Position numbers and translations under genes: made by a program. This document shows positions 53,104-62,600 of a stretch of DNA of 64,000 bases, piece after piece. The notes under the pieces were generated by a model, which saw only the letters and a list, made by a program, of their open reading frames with translations, ran no database searches and was not told where the DNA came from. Each line of letters starts with the position of its first letter. Position 1 is the first letter of the stretch. Source of the DNA: an uncultured Solibacteraceae bacterium (GTDB taxonomy: Bacteria; Acidobacteriota; Vicinamibacteria; Vicinamibacterales; SCN-69-37). The stretch lies in assembly GCA_964471115.1 (NCBI GenBank), contig CAYYFE010000016.1, positions 6,874-70,873 of the forward strand, written 5' to 3'.

Positions 53104-53673
53104 CTACCTTCGATTCGGGTCGCCGCTGATCGGCGACATCGTCATCGGCGTCACAGTTAATGGAGTGATCGACAGCAGGTCCGGTTGGATCGAATCGAAC
53201 GTCACCGGCTCAATCGCGATCTGTTCCACCGCCAACGCACCAATGGCGGCCAACGCCGGCACGCGCCGCGCTTCCCAGGCCAGTAGTTCGGGGCTGACGA
53301 CCGGCTGTGCGGCGGTTCCGCGGTTCCTGGGTTCCTGGGTTCTGGGGTTCCGTGCCTGGGTTCGTGGGTTCGTGGGTTCGTGAGTTCCGAGGTTCGCCGC
53401 CACAATCGCACTGCCTGCACCCTGTGCACCTTGTGCACCCTGTGGACCCTGTGCACCCTGTGGACCTTGTGGACCCTGTGGACCCTGTGGACCCTGCAGC
53501 CCTTGGATGAGCACGATGACCGTCAGTCCCGCCGCCACGAGTCCGCCCGCCCAGCGCCAGTCGCCGACGCGGCGGCGTCCGGGCGGCGTGGCGGCGTCCA
53601 GCCGCGCGCGAATGCGCGACTCGAGATCCGCCGACGGTTCGACCTCGGTGATCGCCCGCGCCGCGCTCAGCAT
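53104..53673 (-). CDS. Putative single-TM anti-sigma factor with repeat-derived collagen-like segment
   Basis: Follows an ECF sigma; [15 protein letters not shown] helix, (G-X-Q)9-10; start could extend to 53745 within the repeats. Confidence 0.65.
   Translation of the reverse strand: MLSAARAITEVEPSADLESRIRARLDAATPPGRRRVGDWRWAGGLVAAGLTVIVLIQGLQGPQGPQGPQGPQGAQGPQGAQGAQGAGSAIVAANLGTHEPTNPRTQARNPRTQEPRNRGTAAQPVVSPELLAWEARRVPALAAIGALAVEQIAIEPVTFDSIQPDLLSITPLTVTPMTMSPISGDPNRR
53314..53396 (-). repeat. Degenerate 8-bp array (GGTTCSTG on +, i.e. CCCACGAA family on -), about 10 units, in CDS
   Basis: Same family as 13122-13233. Confidence 0.8.
53413..53502 (-). repeat. 9-bp array GGT-SCA-CAR encoding Gly-Pro/Ala-Gln triplets
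   Basis: Ten triplets: [30 protein letters not shown]. Confidence 0.92.
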
Positions 53674-53761
53674 CTCGTCATCTCGCCATGTCGTCATGTC
53701 GCCACCTCGCCACCTCGCCACCTCGCCATCTCGCCATCTCGTCATCTCGTCATCTCGTCAT
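53671..53761 (-). repeat. 8-bp array (CAYCTCGY on +; RTGRCGAG on -), about 12 units
   Basis: Spans from the sigma stop codon to the anti-sigma ATG. Confidence 0.92.
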
Positions 53762-54366
53762 GTGCGGGTGCGCAGCACACGTCGTGCTTCGGCGACGCGC
53801 CACTTCACGGTGCCGGACGGCACGCTCAGCATCACGGCAATTTCGTCGTACGTGTATTCGCCCGACGCGGCCAGGAGCAGCGTGTCGCGCAGTTTGGGCG
53901 TGAGGCCGGCAATCGCGGCGCGCAGGGCCGCGGCCTCGGCGCGGGCGGCGGCCACGCGCTCCGGGTCGGCGGCGTCCGACGCCATCCGGTCCAGTCCATC
54001 GCCCGCGGCCTCGTCAGCCGGGGTGACACGGCGCCGCCACCAGCGGTCGCGAGACTTGCGCCGGTCGAGCGCCTGCCGCCAGGTGATGGTCAGCAGCCAC
54101 GTCTTGAACGTCGAGTCCCCGCGAAAATCCCCGACCTTCCGCCAGGCCAGCACGAACGCGTCCTGCGCCACCTCTTCGGCGTCCTCGGGCCGCTGCAGCG
54201 CCGCCATGGCGGTGCGGAAGACCGTGCGGAAGTACAGGGACACCAGCGCGTCGAACGCCGCGCGGTCGCCGGCTTGCGCGGCCCGTACCCAGGCGCGCAC
54301 CTGCGGCGTTTCTCCCTCCAGGGGCCGGACAACGGGCGACTCGTCAGCGTCGGGCGTGACGGTCAT
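53758..54366 (-). CDS. ECF RNA polymerase sigma-70 factor
   Basis: [43 protein letters not shown]; start may be 54366 or 54396. Confidence 0.92.
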   Translation of the reverse strand: MTVTPDADESPVVRPLEGETPQVRAWVRAAQAGDRAAFDALVSLYFRTVFRTAMAALQRPEDAEEVAQDAFVLAWRKVGDFRGDSTFKTWLLTITWRQALDRRKSRDRWWRRRVTPADEAAGDGLDRMASDAADPERVAAARAEAAALRAAIAGLTPKLRDTLLLAASGEYTYDEIAVMLSVPSGTVKWRVAEARRVLRTRT

Positions 54367-54441
54367 GGCCGGAATGGTCGCAACACGCGGCAGCACCGTC
54401 CCAGTAGACCGCCGGGCGGGCCGGATGGTTGGGTCGGCCGG

Positions 54442-54587
54442 AAGGGCACAGGCAACAGGGCGCAGGGCACAGGGAACAGGGAACAGGGAGACCTTTGGCC
54501 AAATGTGGCCTGTGGCCTGTGGCCTGTGGCCTGTGGCTTGCGGCCTTCGGCCTGTGGCCTGTGGCCTGTAGCCTGTAACCTGTAAGC
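54442..54587. repeat. Inverted pair of 7-bp arrays: (CAGGGNR)7 at 54442-54490 and (TGTGGCC)12 at 54504-54587
   Basis: Read directly; the spacer contains the palindrome TTTGGCCAAA. Confidence 0.92.
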
Positions 54588-54599
54588 GCTGGTAACCCG

Positions 54600-56906
54600 A
54601 TGACTGATGGACAGGTGTTGAATCAAATCCGAGAGCAGGTGGATCACCCCGCCACCGTGAAGGAACTCCTGCAGGTGCTGCGGATTCCTCGGGAGACCCG
54701 TGCGACGTTTCGCCGGGCCCTCAAGCGGCTGGTGGAATCGGGGCAGCTGATTGAAATCCGCGGGAACAGATTCGGCCTGCCCGACCGCATGAATCTGGTG
54801 GTCGGCCGCGTCACGACCAACCCGCGCGGCTTCGGGTTCGTGGAAGCCGAGCGGTCGGGCGACGAGGGGCCCACCAGCATCTTCATCCCCGGCGTGAACC
54901 TGAACCAGGCGATGCACGGCGACCGGGTCGTGGTGCGCGTGGAACGCGCCGGCGACGGCGATCGCGCCGAGGGCCGCATCCTGCGCATCCTGGAACGCGG
55001 CACGGCCTCGGTGGTGGGCCGGTACGAACAGGACGATTTGGGACGCGGTTTCGTCGTGCCGTTCGATCGCCGGCTGCTGATGGACGTGCTCATCCCGAAG
55101 GGCGAGTCGCGCAACGCCCAGCCGGGGGAAATGGTGACGACCGCCATCACGGCCTGGCCGACGCAGACGCGACCCGCGCAGGGGCGCGTGGTGGAAGTGC
55201 TGGGCGACATCAACGCGCCCGGCGTGGACACGGCCGTCATCATCCGCAAGTACAACATCGTCGACGAACACTCCGACGAGGCGGTGAAGGAGGCCACGCG
55301 CCTGGGCGCCGCCGTGAAGCCGAAGGACGTCACCGGCCGCACGGACTTCCGGCCGTGGTCGACGGTGACGATCGACGGCGAACACGCCCGCGACTTCGAC
55401 GATGCGATTTCGCTGGATGTGTTGCCGAACGGCAACTACTGGCTGGCGGTGCACATCGCCGACGTGTCGCACTACGTGACGCCCGGCTCGGCGCTCGATG
55501 CGGAAGCGTACGAACGCAGCACGTCCGTGTATTTCCCGGAGCGCGCCGTCCACATGTTTCCGTCGGAACTGTCGACCGGCCTGTGCAGTCTGAATCCCCA
55601 CGTCGACCGCCTGGTGCAGTCGTGCCTGATGGAAGTGGATCGGCGCAGCGGCGCGGTGGTGCGGTACGAGATGCACGACGGGGTCATCCACAGCGACGCG
55701 CGGATGACGTACACGGAAGTGAACCAGATCCTGACCGAACGTGACCCCGAGGTGCGCGCGCGGTACGCCACGCTCGTGCCGCTGTTCGAGCGCATGGAGG
55801 CGTTGTTCCACATCCTGAACCGCCGGCGGCGCCAGCGCGGGTCGGTGGACTTCGACCTGAAGGAATCCGAGATCCAGCTGGGGGAAGACGGCGAGATCGA
55901 AGCGATTGTCGCCGCGGAGCGCAACGTCGCGCACCGGCTGATCGAAGAGTTCATGTTGCTGGCCAACGAGACGGTGGCCGAACATCTCGAGGCGCACGGG
56001 GTGCCCACGCTGTATCGCGTGCACGAGGAGCCGGACCCGCTCAAGGTGGAGGAGTTCGACGAGTTCATCGGCGCGCTGGGGTACACGCTGGCCGGACCGG
56101 CGGACCGTGTGGAGCCGAAACACTTCCAGAAACTCGTCGAGAAGATCCACGGGACGCCCGAAGAAAAACCTATCGCGATGCTGATGCTGCGGACCATGCA
56201 GAAGGCGCGGTATGACGAGTCGCCGCTCGGCCATTTCGGTCTGGCGACGCGCCATTACACGCACTTCACGTCGCCGATCCGGCGGTATCCCGACCTGGTG
56301 GTGCACCGGTCGCTGCGTGAATCGCGGCACGGCATGTCGGAGGAGCGTCGCGCCGAACTCATCGAGGATCTGCCCGACATGGGGCGGCATACCTCCGAAC
56401 GTGAGCGGCGCGCGGCCGATGCCGAACGCGAGCTGGTGCAGTGGAAGAAGGTGCGCTTCATGGCTGACAAGGTGGGCGATGAGTTCACCGGGTTCGTCAC
56501 CGGCGTCAGCGCCTTCGGTCTGCACATCGAACTGGTGGAGCACTTCGTCGAGGGCATGGTGCACGTCTCGACCATGGCCGACGATTACTACCGCTTCATC
56601 GAGAAGGCGCATCTGCTGAAGGGCGAAAACCACGGCAGGGTGTATCGTCTTGGCGACAAGGTCGCGGTGCAGGTGATTCGCGTGGACCTGGAGAAACGCC
56701 TGATCGACCTCGGCCTGTCGGAGATTCTCGAGGCCGTGAGCCGCAGTGACAAGAACCGCGGTCCGCGCCGGAGCCGCGTGGCCCCGCCGCGTGCGTCGCG
56801 GCGGCAGCCGCAGGCGAAGGACGAACGCCGCCGGGTGAAGAAGGGCAACCGGCCGGGACGCCGCGAGCGCGCCGCGCACAAGGCCGGCCGGCGCAAGAAG
56901 CGGTAG
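54600..56906 (+). CDS. rnr: Ribonuclease R
   Basis: RGFGFV, TIDGEHARDFDDA, VHIADVS, EEFMLLAN, HFTSPIRRYPDL, S1 domain, basic tail. Confidence 0.96.
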   Translation: MTDGQVLNQIREQVDHPATVKELLQVLRIPRETRATFRRALKRLVESGQLIEIRGNRFGLPDRMNLVVGRVTTNPRGFGFVEAERSGDEGPTSIFIPGVNLNQAMHGDRVVVRVERAGDGDRAEGRILRILERGTASVVGRYEQDDLGRGFVVPFDRRLLMDVLIPKGESRNAQPGEMVTTAITAWPTQTRPAQGRVVEVLGDINAPGVDTAVIIRKYNIVDEHSDEAVKEATRLGAAVKPKDVTGRTDFRPWSTVTIDGEHARDFDDAISLDVLPNGNYWLAVHIADVSHYVTPGSALDAEAYERSTSVYFPERAVHMFPSELSTGLCSLNPHVDRLVQSCLMEVDRRSGAVVRYEMHDGVIHSDARMTYTEVNQILTERDPEVRARYATLVPLFERMEALFHILNRRRRQRGSVDFDLKESEIQLGEDGEIEAIVAAERNVAHRLIEEFMLLANETVAEHLEAHGVPTLYRVHEEPDPLKVEEFDEFIGALGYTLAGPADRVEPKHFQKLVEKIHGTPEEKPIAMLMLRTMQKARYDESPLGHFGLATRHYTHFTSPIRRYPDLVVHRSLRESRHGMSEERRAELIEDLPDMGRHTSERERRAADAERELVQWKKVRFMADKVGDEFTGFVTGVSAFGLHIELVEHFVEGMVHVSTMADDYYRFIEKAHLLKGENHGRVYRLGDKVAVQVIRVDLEKRLIDLGLSEILEAVSRSDKNRGPRRSRVAPPRASRRQPQAKDERRRVKKGNRPGRRERAAHKAGRRKKR

Positions 56907-56911
56907 CCGGC

Positions 56912-58816
56912 GTGCGCACCCTGGTTCTCGGCACGGCCGGGCACATCGATCACGGCAAGAGCGCGCTGGTCGAAGCGCTGACCGGTGTCCACCCCGACCG
57001 GCTCAAGGAAGAGCAGGCGCGCGGCATCACCATCGAGCTCGGCTTCGGGCACACCCGCATCGGCGATCTTTCGGTCGCGCTGGTCGACGTGCCGGGGCAC
57101 GAACGATTCGTGCGTACGATGCTGGCCGGCGCCGGCGGCCTGGACGCGGTGCTGCTGGTCATCGCGGCCGACGAGTCCGTGATGCCGCAGACACGCGAAC
57201 ACCTCGACATCTGCCGGCTGCTCGGCGTCCGTCGCGGACTCATCGTGCTGACCAAGGCCGACCTCGTGGACGCGGACGGCCTGGCGCTGGCCGAACTGGA
57301 GGCGCGCGAACTGGTGGCGGGCTCGATGCTGGCCGAGGCGCCGGTCATCGCGACGTCGGCGCGCACGGGCGCGGGCCTCGACAAGCTCCGCGCGGCGATC
57401 GCGGCGCTGGCCGGCACCGCCGCCGTGCCGCGCGCGGGCCGCGCGCGGCTGCCGATCGATCGCGTCTTCAGCGTCAAGGGTTTCGGCACCGTGGTCACCG
57501 GCACGCTGGTGAGCGGCGCGATGGCCATCGACCAGACGATGGAGGTGGTGCCGGCGGCGCGCACGGTGCGTGTGCGCGGACTGCAGGTGCACGGTGAGGC
57601 CGTCTCGTCCACTTCGGCGCCGCGGCGTGTCGCCGTGAACCTGGCCGGCGTCGACGTGCAGGACGTGGCGCGCGGCATGACGTTGTGCGCGCCCGGCAGC
57701 CTGCCGCTCACGCGGCGCCTCGACGCGCATCTGACGCTGCTGCCGCACAGCCCGGCGTTGCGCCATGGCGCACGGGTGCGCGTGCATCAGGGGACGACCG
57801 ATGCGCTGGCGCGCGTCTCGATTTCCGCCGTCCGAGTGTCGGGGGAGTCTGCGTGGGGCGCCGTGAGTCCTGGCGAATCCGACGTGAGCGTGCCCCCGGG
57901 CGGCGAGGCGCTGGTCCGCCTGCGCGTGGCGCGCGCGCTGGCCGCCACGCGCGGCGATCGCTTCGTGATTCGCCTCCCGGCGCCGGCCGGCACGGTGGGC
58001 GGCGGCACGGTGATCGACCCCGAACCGCCGCGCGGCGGCGTCCGGCGGGCCGGCGCGTCAGCGCGGCTGGCCGCGTTGGCCGCGGCTGATCTCGACGCGC
58101 TCGTCGAGACGTGGACGACCGAGGCGGGCGTGGCCGGCGTGTCGACGGCGGCCCTCGCCCGTCGCGCGGGCGTGGCCGACGCGCAGGTGGCCGGCGCGGT
58201 GGCCGCCCTGTCCGCGGCCGGCCGCGTGTGTGTCGTCCACGATCGCGTGTGCGCGTCCGCGGTGCTGGCGCGCGCGGCGGCGGCGCTGACCCAGACGCTG
58301 ACCACGTTCCATCGCGCCCATCCCGACGAGGCCGGCCTGCCGCGGGAAGAAGCGCGCGGTGCGGTGCCGGCCGAGGTCTTCGCCGAGATCCTCACACGTG
58401 CCGGCATCGCCAATGCCGAGCGGCTGGCGCTGCCGGGGCATCGGCCCGCGGTGTCCGGTGAAGAGGCCGCGGCGGCGGCCCGTGTGGAGGCCGCGCTGCG
58501 CGCCGCCGGACTGCAGCCGCCCGATGCCAACACCCTGGCGGCATCGTCAGGGCTGACGCCGGCCGTGGTCACACGCGTGGTGTTTGCACTGACCAAGGCC
58601 GGCCGGCTGATGAAGTTGGGTGATCTGTGGTTTCACCGCGAGGCGCTCGACGCGCTCAAGCGGGAGGTGGCGGCGTTGGGCAGCGGCGCGACGCTGGATG
58701 TGGCGGCCGCCAAGGCCCGGTGGGGCCTGAGCCGCAAGTTTGCGATTCCGTTACTCGAACATCTCGACCGCGAGCGGGTGACGCGGCGGGTGGGAGACCG
58801 GCGGGTGGTCCTCTGA
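56912..58816 (+). CDS. selB: Selenocysteine-specific translation elongation factor
   Basis: GTAGHIDHGKS, RGITIELG, DVPGHERF, PIDRVF, C-terminal winged helices ending LSRKFAIPLLEHLD..RVGDRR. Confidence 0.93.
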   Translation: MRTLVLGTAGHIDHGKSALVEALTGVHPDRLKEEQARGITIELGFGHTRIGDLSVALVDVPGHERFVRTMLAGAGGLDAVLLVIAADESVMPQTREHLDICRLLGVRRGLIVLTKADLVDADGLALAELEARELVAGSMLAEAPVIATSARTGAGLDKLRAAIAALAGTAAVPRAGRARLPIDRVFSVKGFGTVVTGTLVSGAMAIDQTMEVVPAARTVRVRGLQVHGEAVSSTSAPRRVAVNLAGVDVQDVARGMTLCAPGSLPLTRRLDAHLTLLPHSPALRHGARVRVHQGTTDALARVSISAVRVSGESAWGAVSPGESDVSVPPGGEALVRLRVARALAATRGDRFVIRLPAPAGTVGGGTVIDPEPPRGGVRRAGASARLAALAAADLDALVETWTTEAGVAGVSTAALARRAGVADAQVAGAVAALSAAGRVCVVHDRVCASAVLARAAAALTQTLTTFHRAHPDEAGLPREEARGAVPAEVFAEILTRAGIANAERLALPGHRPAVSGEEAAAAARVEAALRAAGLQPPDANTLAASSGLTPAVVTRVVFALTKAGRLMKLGDLWFHREALDALKREVAALGSGATLDVAAAKARWGLSRKFAIPLLEHLDRERVTRRVGDRRVVL

Positions 58817-58827
58817 CGTCTTATCCG

Positions 58828-58980
58828 TTACTTGTCGTCCATGCCACCTTTGGTGGCGTCCTTGAAGTTGCGGATGCCCTTGCCGATGCCCTTGCCCAGT
58901 TCCGGCAGCCGGCTGGCGCCGAACACGAGGATGACGATGGCGAGGATGATGAGTAGTTCCGGAATGCCAAGGCTGGGCAT
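58828..58980 (-). CDS. tatA: Twin-arginine translocase TatA/TatE subunit (50 aa, absent from the ORF track)
   Basis: Translated by hand: [50 protein letters not shown]; AGGAG RBS and TAGAAT -10 box upstream. Confidence 0.93.
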   Translation of the reverse strand: MPSLGIPELLIILAIVILVFGASRLPELGKGIGKGIRNFKDATKGGMDDK

Positions 58981-59093
58981 GATGTGCTCCTGCCCGCGAT
59001 TCTAGCACCCTGGACGCGGCGCGGGGCACCGGTCTTGCAGGTAAACCCGGTGTGGGGCGACATGCGTATACTGGAAAGGACACCCTGAGCGCC

Positions 59094-59972
59094 ATGAACG
59101 ACACCCCTGAGACCCGCAGGACCGCACCGGCCGCCTCCGGCCCGGGTGTGGTGTCGCACGGCTGGCTGGCGGAGACCTCCGAGTTCTCGCACGCCGACCA
59201 GCGCAAGATGGGGCGCGCCATGTCGGCCTCCCTGGGGCTGCACGGCGCCGCGGTGCTGCTGATTGCGCTCGTCATCGCGTGGCGGCCGCCGGCGCCCGAA
59301 CCGGTGTTCACGCCGCGTGAAGATTACGACCTCACGTTCATCCGCATGGAAGGCCCGGGCGGTGGCGGCGGCGGTGGCGGCAATCAGTCGACCGCGCCTC
59401 CCGCCAAGCTCGAGATGAAGGCCGAATTGCCCGAAGCGCCGAAAATCGAAGTGCCGAAGGTCGACGTGCCTCCGCCTCCTCCTCCGCCACTGGTGGCGCC
59501 GGTGCAGACCAGCGCGGTGCTGCCGGTGCAGACGTCGGGCGTCATCACGGGGCTGACGGCGGCGCCCTCGCTGGGTGCGGGCACGGGCGGCGGTGGCGGC
59601 ACGGGCCGCGGCACCGGCTCCGGCCCCGGCACGGGATCGGGCATTGGCGACGGCACGGGCGGCGGCTTTGGCGGGGGCGCGATGCGGCCCGGAACCGGCG
59701 CGGAAAACCCTGTCCTGATTCGCCAGGTCGATCCGAAGTACACACCCGAGGCGATGCGCGCCAAGATCCAGGGCATCGTCGAACTGGAAGCCGTCGTCGG
59801 CACCAACGGCCAGATCACCGACGTGCGCGTGCACAAGTCGCTGGACCGCGGCTTCGGTCTGGATGAAGAAGCGATGCGTGTGGCGCGCCAGTGGCTGTTC
59901 CGTCCCGCGCGGTATCAGGGCAAGCCCGTCTCGATGGTCGTGATCATTCAGATGGAGTTCCGGCTGCACTAA
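59094..59972 (+). CDS. TonB family energy transducer
   Basis: TM helix SLGLH, Pro/Gly-rich linker, PKYTPEAMRAKIQG.V.LE.VV, GLDEEA...ARQWLFRPA. Confidence 0.88.
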   Translation: MNDTPETRRTAPAASGPGVVSHGWLAETSEFSHADQRKMGRAMSASLGLHGAAVLLIALVIAWRPPAPEPVFTPREDYDLTFIRMEGPGGGGGGGGNQSTAPPAKLEMKAELPEAPKIEVPKVDVPPPPPPPLVAPVQTSAVLPVQTSGVITGLTAAPSLGAGTGGGGGTGRGTGSGPGTGSGIGDGTGGGFGGGAMRPGTGAENPVLIRQVDPKYTPEAMRAKIQGIVELEAVVGTNGQITDVRVHKSLDRGFGLDEEAMRVARQWLFRPARYQGKPVSMVVIIQMEFRLH

Positions 59973-59984
59973 CTCCTGTTCCTG

Positions 59985-61037
59985 ATGTTGCTGACCGAAC
60001 CGTCCCTACAAGTCGAGCAGGAAGCCGAACGGCTGCTGCGCCTGCTGATGCATGTCGACTGCGATCCGCAGGGCCGCGTGTGGAACCTCGACACGTGCCG
60101 TTCGATTGCGCCCCTGACGCTGGACATCGCCCGGCTCAAGGCTGAACGGCACGCCACGGTGCTGGCGCACTCGTACGTGGAGCCCGAAATCGTCTACGGC
60201 GTGGCCGATTATCGCGGGGATTCGTATTACCTGAGCCGCATGGCGCGGGAGTCACGGTCGCCGGTCATCGTGTTTGCCGGCGTGCGGTTCATGGCCGAGA
60301 CGGCCAAGATTCTCGCGCCCGAGGCCACCGTGTTGGCGCCCGATCGCGAGGCGGGCTGTTCGCTGGCGGATTCATTGACCGGCGCGCAGCTGCGCGCGCT
60401 CAAGGCGCAGTATCCCGACGCCGCCGTCGTTTGCTACGTGAACAGCTCGGCCGAGGTGAAGGCCGAGTCCGACGTGTGCGTCACCTCCGCCAACGTGGTG
60501 GCCATCGTCAGCCAGCTGCCCGAACACCGCATTCTGTTCGTGCCCGATCGATTGATGGGGCAGAACCTCGAGGCCGACCTGCGGCGCCTGGGGATCACCA
60601 AGGAGATCATCACCAGCGACGGCACCTGCATCGTGCACGACCAGTTTGGCGCGGCGGAGATCGAAGCGGCGCGCGCGCGGTTCCCGGGCCTCGCGGTGGT
60701 GGCGCATCCGGAGTGTGAACCCGACGTCGCGCGCGCGTCGGACTTCGTCGGCAGCACCGGCGCGATGATGAAGTTCGTCAAGCAGAGTGACGCCGCGTAT
60801 TACCTCATGCTGACCGAGTGCGGCCTGGTGGGGCGCCTCCAGGTGGAAGCGCCCGACAAGCGCTTCCTGGGCGGCTGCCGCCTGTGTCCACACATGAAGC
60901 GCAATTCGCTCGAGAACCTGCGCGACGCGCTGGCGTCGCCGCGGCCCGATCAGATCATCGACGTTCCCGAGGACATCCGCCGGCGCGCTGCCCGCTGCCT
61001 GGATCGGATGTTTGAACTTTCGCCGGTCCCCGCGTGA
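59985..61037 (+). CDS. nadA: Quinolinate synthase
   Basis: LAHSY, GVRFMAETAKIL, GCSLAD, YVNSSA, CIVH, AHPEC, GSTG, CPHMK. Confidence 0.95.
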   Translation: MLLTEPSLQVEQEAERLLRLLMHVDCDPQGRVWNLDTCRSIAPLTLDIARLKAERHATVLAHSYVEPEIVYGVADYRGDSYYLSRMARESRSPVIVFAGVRFMAETAKILAPEATVLAPDREAGCSLADSLTGAQLRALKAQYPDAAVVCYVNSSAEVKAESDVCVTSANVVAIVSQLPEHRILFVPDRLMGQNLEADLRRLGITKEIITSDGTCIVHDQFGAAEIEAARARFPGLAVVAHPECEPDVARASDFVGSTGAMMKFVKQSDAAYYLMLTECGLVGRLQVEAPDKRFLGGCRLCPHMKRNSLENLRDALASPRPDQIIDVPEDIRRRAARCLDRMFELSPVPA

Positions 61038-61888
61038 TGCGTTCGCCGTTTGTCACCCGCCTCATCGATCTGGCCCTCGAAGAAGACGCCGGTCACGGCG
61101 ACCTGACGAGCCGGGCGATCTTCCCCGAGGGCCATCGATCGGCGGCCGTGATTGAAGCGGGGGAGCCGCTGGTCGCGACGGGGCTGGACGTGGCCGCCCA
61201 GGTGTTCGCGCGTGTGGATTCCACGCTGCGCGTCCAGCGTCATGTCGCCGACGGCGCGCGCGTGCGCGCGGGGCGCCGGCTGATGACCGTGCGCGGCGGG
61301 ACCGTGTCGCTGCTCACGGCGGAACGTACGGCGCTCAATTTCCTGCAGCGGCTGTCGGGTGTGGCCACACTGGCGCGCCGCTACGCCGACGCGGTGGCCG
61401 GCACCGGGGTGCGTGTGGTGGACACCCGCAAGACGACGCCGGGCTGGCGGGTGATCGAAAAAGCCGCGGTGCGGGCCGGGGGCTGCGCGAACCATCGCGC
61501 CTCGCTGGGCGAACACATTCTCATCAAGGACAACCACCTGGCCGCGGCCGGGTCGGTGCGGGCGGCCGTCGCGCGGGCGCGGGCCCAGGCGCCGCATCTG
61601 GCCCGGGTCCAGGTGGAAGTGGACACGCTGGCTCAGCTGCGCGCCGCGCTGCGGGCCGGGGCCGACGCGGTGTTGCTCGACAACATGCCGCCGGCGCTCG
61701 TGCGCCAGGCGGTCGCGATCGTGGCGGGCCGAGCCGTGGTGGAAGTCTCGGGCGGCGTGACGCTGCAGACCCTTCGCGAGTTCGCCCTGCCGGGCGTGGA
61801 CGTGATCAGTGTGGGCGCGCTGACCCACTCGGCTCCGGCGGTCGACATCGGCATGCGGCTGCTCGTCCCGGGCCGGGCGCGTCGCTGA
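61037..61888 (+). CDS. nadC: Nicotinate-nucleotide diphosphorylase (carboxylating)
   Basis: EEDAGHGDLT, ERTALN, DTRKTTPG, LIKDNH, LLDNM, ISVGALTHS. Confidence 0.96.
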   Translation: MRSPFVTRLIDLALEEDAGHGDLTSRAIFPEGHRSAAVIEAGEPLVATGLDVAAQVFARVDSTLRVQRHVADGARVRAGRRLMTVRGGTVSLLTAERTALNFLQRLSGVATLARRYADAVAGTGVRVVDTRKTTPGWRVIEKAAVRAGGCANHRASLGEHILIKDNHLAAAGSVRAAVARARAQAPHLARVQVEVDTLAQLRAALRAGADAVLLDNMPPALVRQAVAIVAGRAVVEVSGGVTLQTLREFALPGVDVISVGALTHSAPAVDIGMRLLVPGRARR

Positions 61889-61900
61889 GCCGCGGCCGCG

Positions 61901-62593
61901 TCAGCTTCGGCGGCCGGTCAGACGAACGAGCAGCGGCGCCGCCTGCGCGGCGTTGGTGCCGGTGGCGGCAGTCGGACTCCCGAACACCACGTAGCGCGCC
62001 AGGTGTGGCGTGATCTCGAACGATCCCAGCAGCAAAGTCGCGTTGGCGCGTTCGGTCCAAGCCGGGCCGGCCGGCACGAGGCTGTCGCGCAGGCCGACGA
62101 GTGCGGCGCGCACTTCGGCGTCGAGCACCAGGAGCGCCGCCGTGGGGGCGTCCGTGTAGAGGTGCCACGCCTCGTCAAACGCCGCGTCTCCCGTCGGGAC
62201 GATCGCCGGGGGCGCCTGCGTGAAGCCTTCGAGGCCGCGGCTCCAGCTGACGGGCTGCAACCGCAGTGTGGCCGGCGGCGGCGTCGGCAACGTGAGGGCC
62301 AGCACGGTGAACTGTGTCGCGACGCGGTCCTTGCGCGGGCTGTAGACGTGCGGAATGCTGCGGTTGACGAGCGTGGCGGCCAGGCCCGCGAGGGTGCCGC
62401 GCGCCACGTCGCGTTCGTGGCAGGGGCGTCCTTCGGCGGTCGTGTCCTTGCGCGTGGGCGAGTCGGGCACCGGCGACAGGCCCAGCGCCGCGGCGCACTG
62501 CGCGAGGTCGCGTGTCTTGAGGCGGCCGAGCGCCATCAGGGCGACGGCAAAGGCGACGAGGCCGGCCAGAACGATCAGCGTTTGCGTGGTCAT
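61901..62593 (-). CDS. Hypothetical membrane-anchored protein
   Basis: N-terminal TM segment, ORF in operon orientation. Confidence 0.65.
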   Translation of the reverse strand: MTTQTLIVLAGLVAFAVALMALGRLKTRDLAQCAAALGLSPVPDSPTRKDTTAEGRPCHERDVARGTLAGLAATLVNRSIPHVYSPRKDRVATQFTVLALTLPTPPPATLRLQPVSWSRGLEGFTQAPPAIVPTGDAAFDEAWHLYTDAPTAALLVLDAEVRAALVGLRDSLVPAGPAWTERANATLLLGSFEITPHLARYVVFGSPTAATGTNAAQAAPLLVRLTGRRS

Positions 62594-62600
62594 GGGGTGG

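Noticed and set aside
56912-58816. Selenoprotein or Sec operon around selB
   Set aside because: No selA, selD or tRNA-Sec seen, and I noticed no in-frame TGA-interrupted gene nearby; selB only implies Sec usage elsewhere in the genome.
59360-59690. Gly-rich GGC/GGT repeats in the TonB gene as part of the repeat system
   Set aside because: Typical protein-level Gly/Pro linker with varied codons, not a fixed nucleotide unit.
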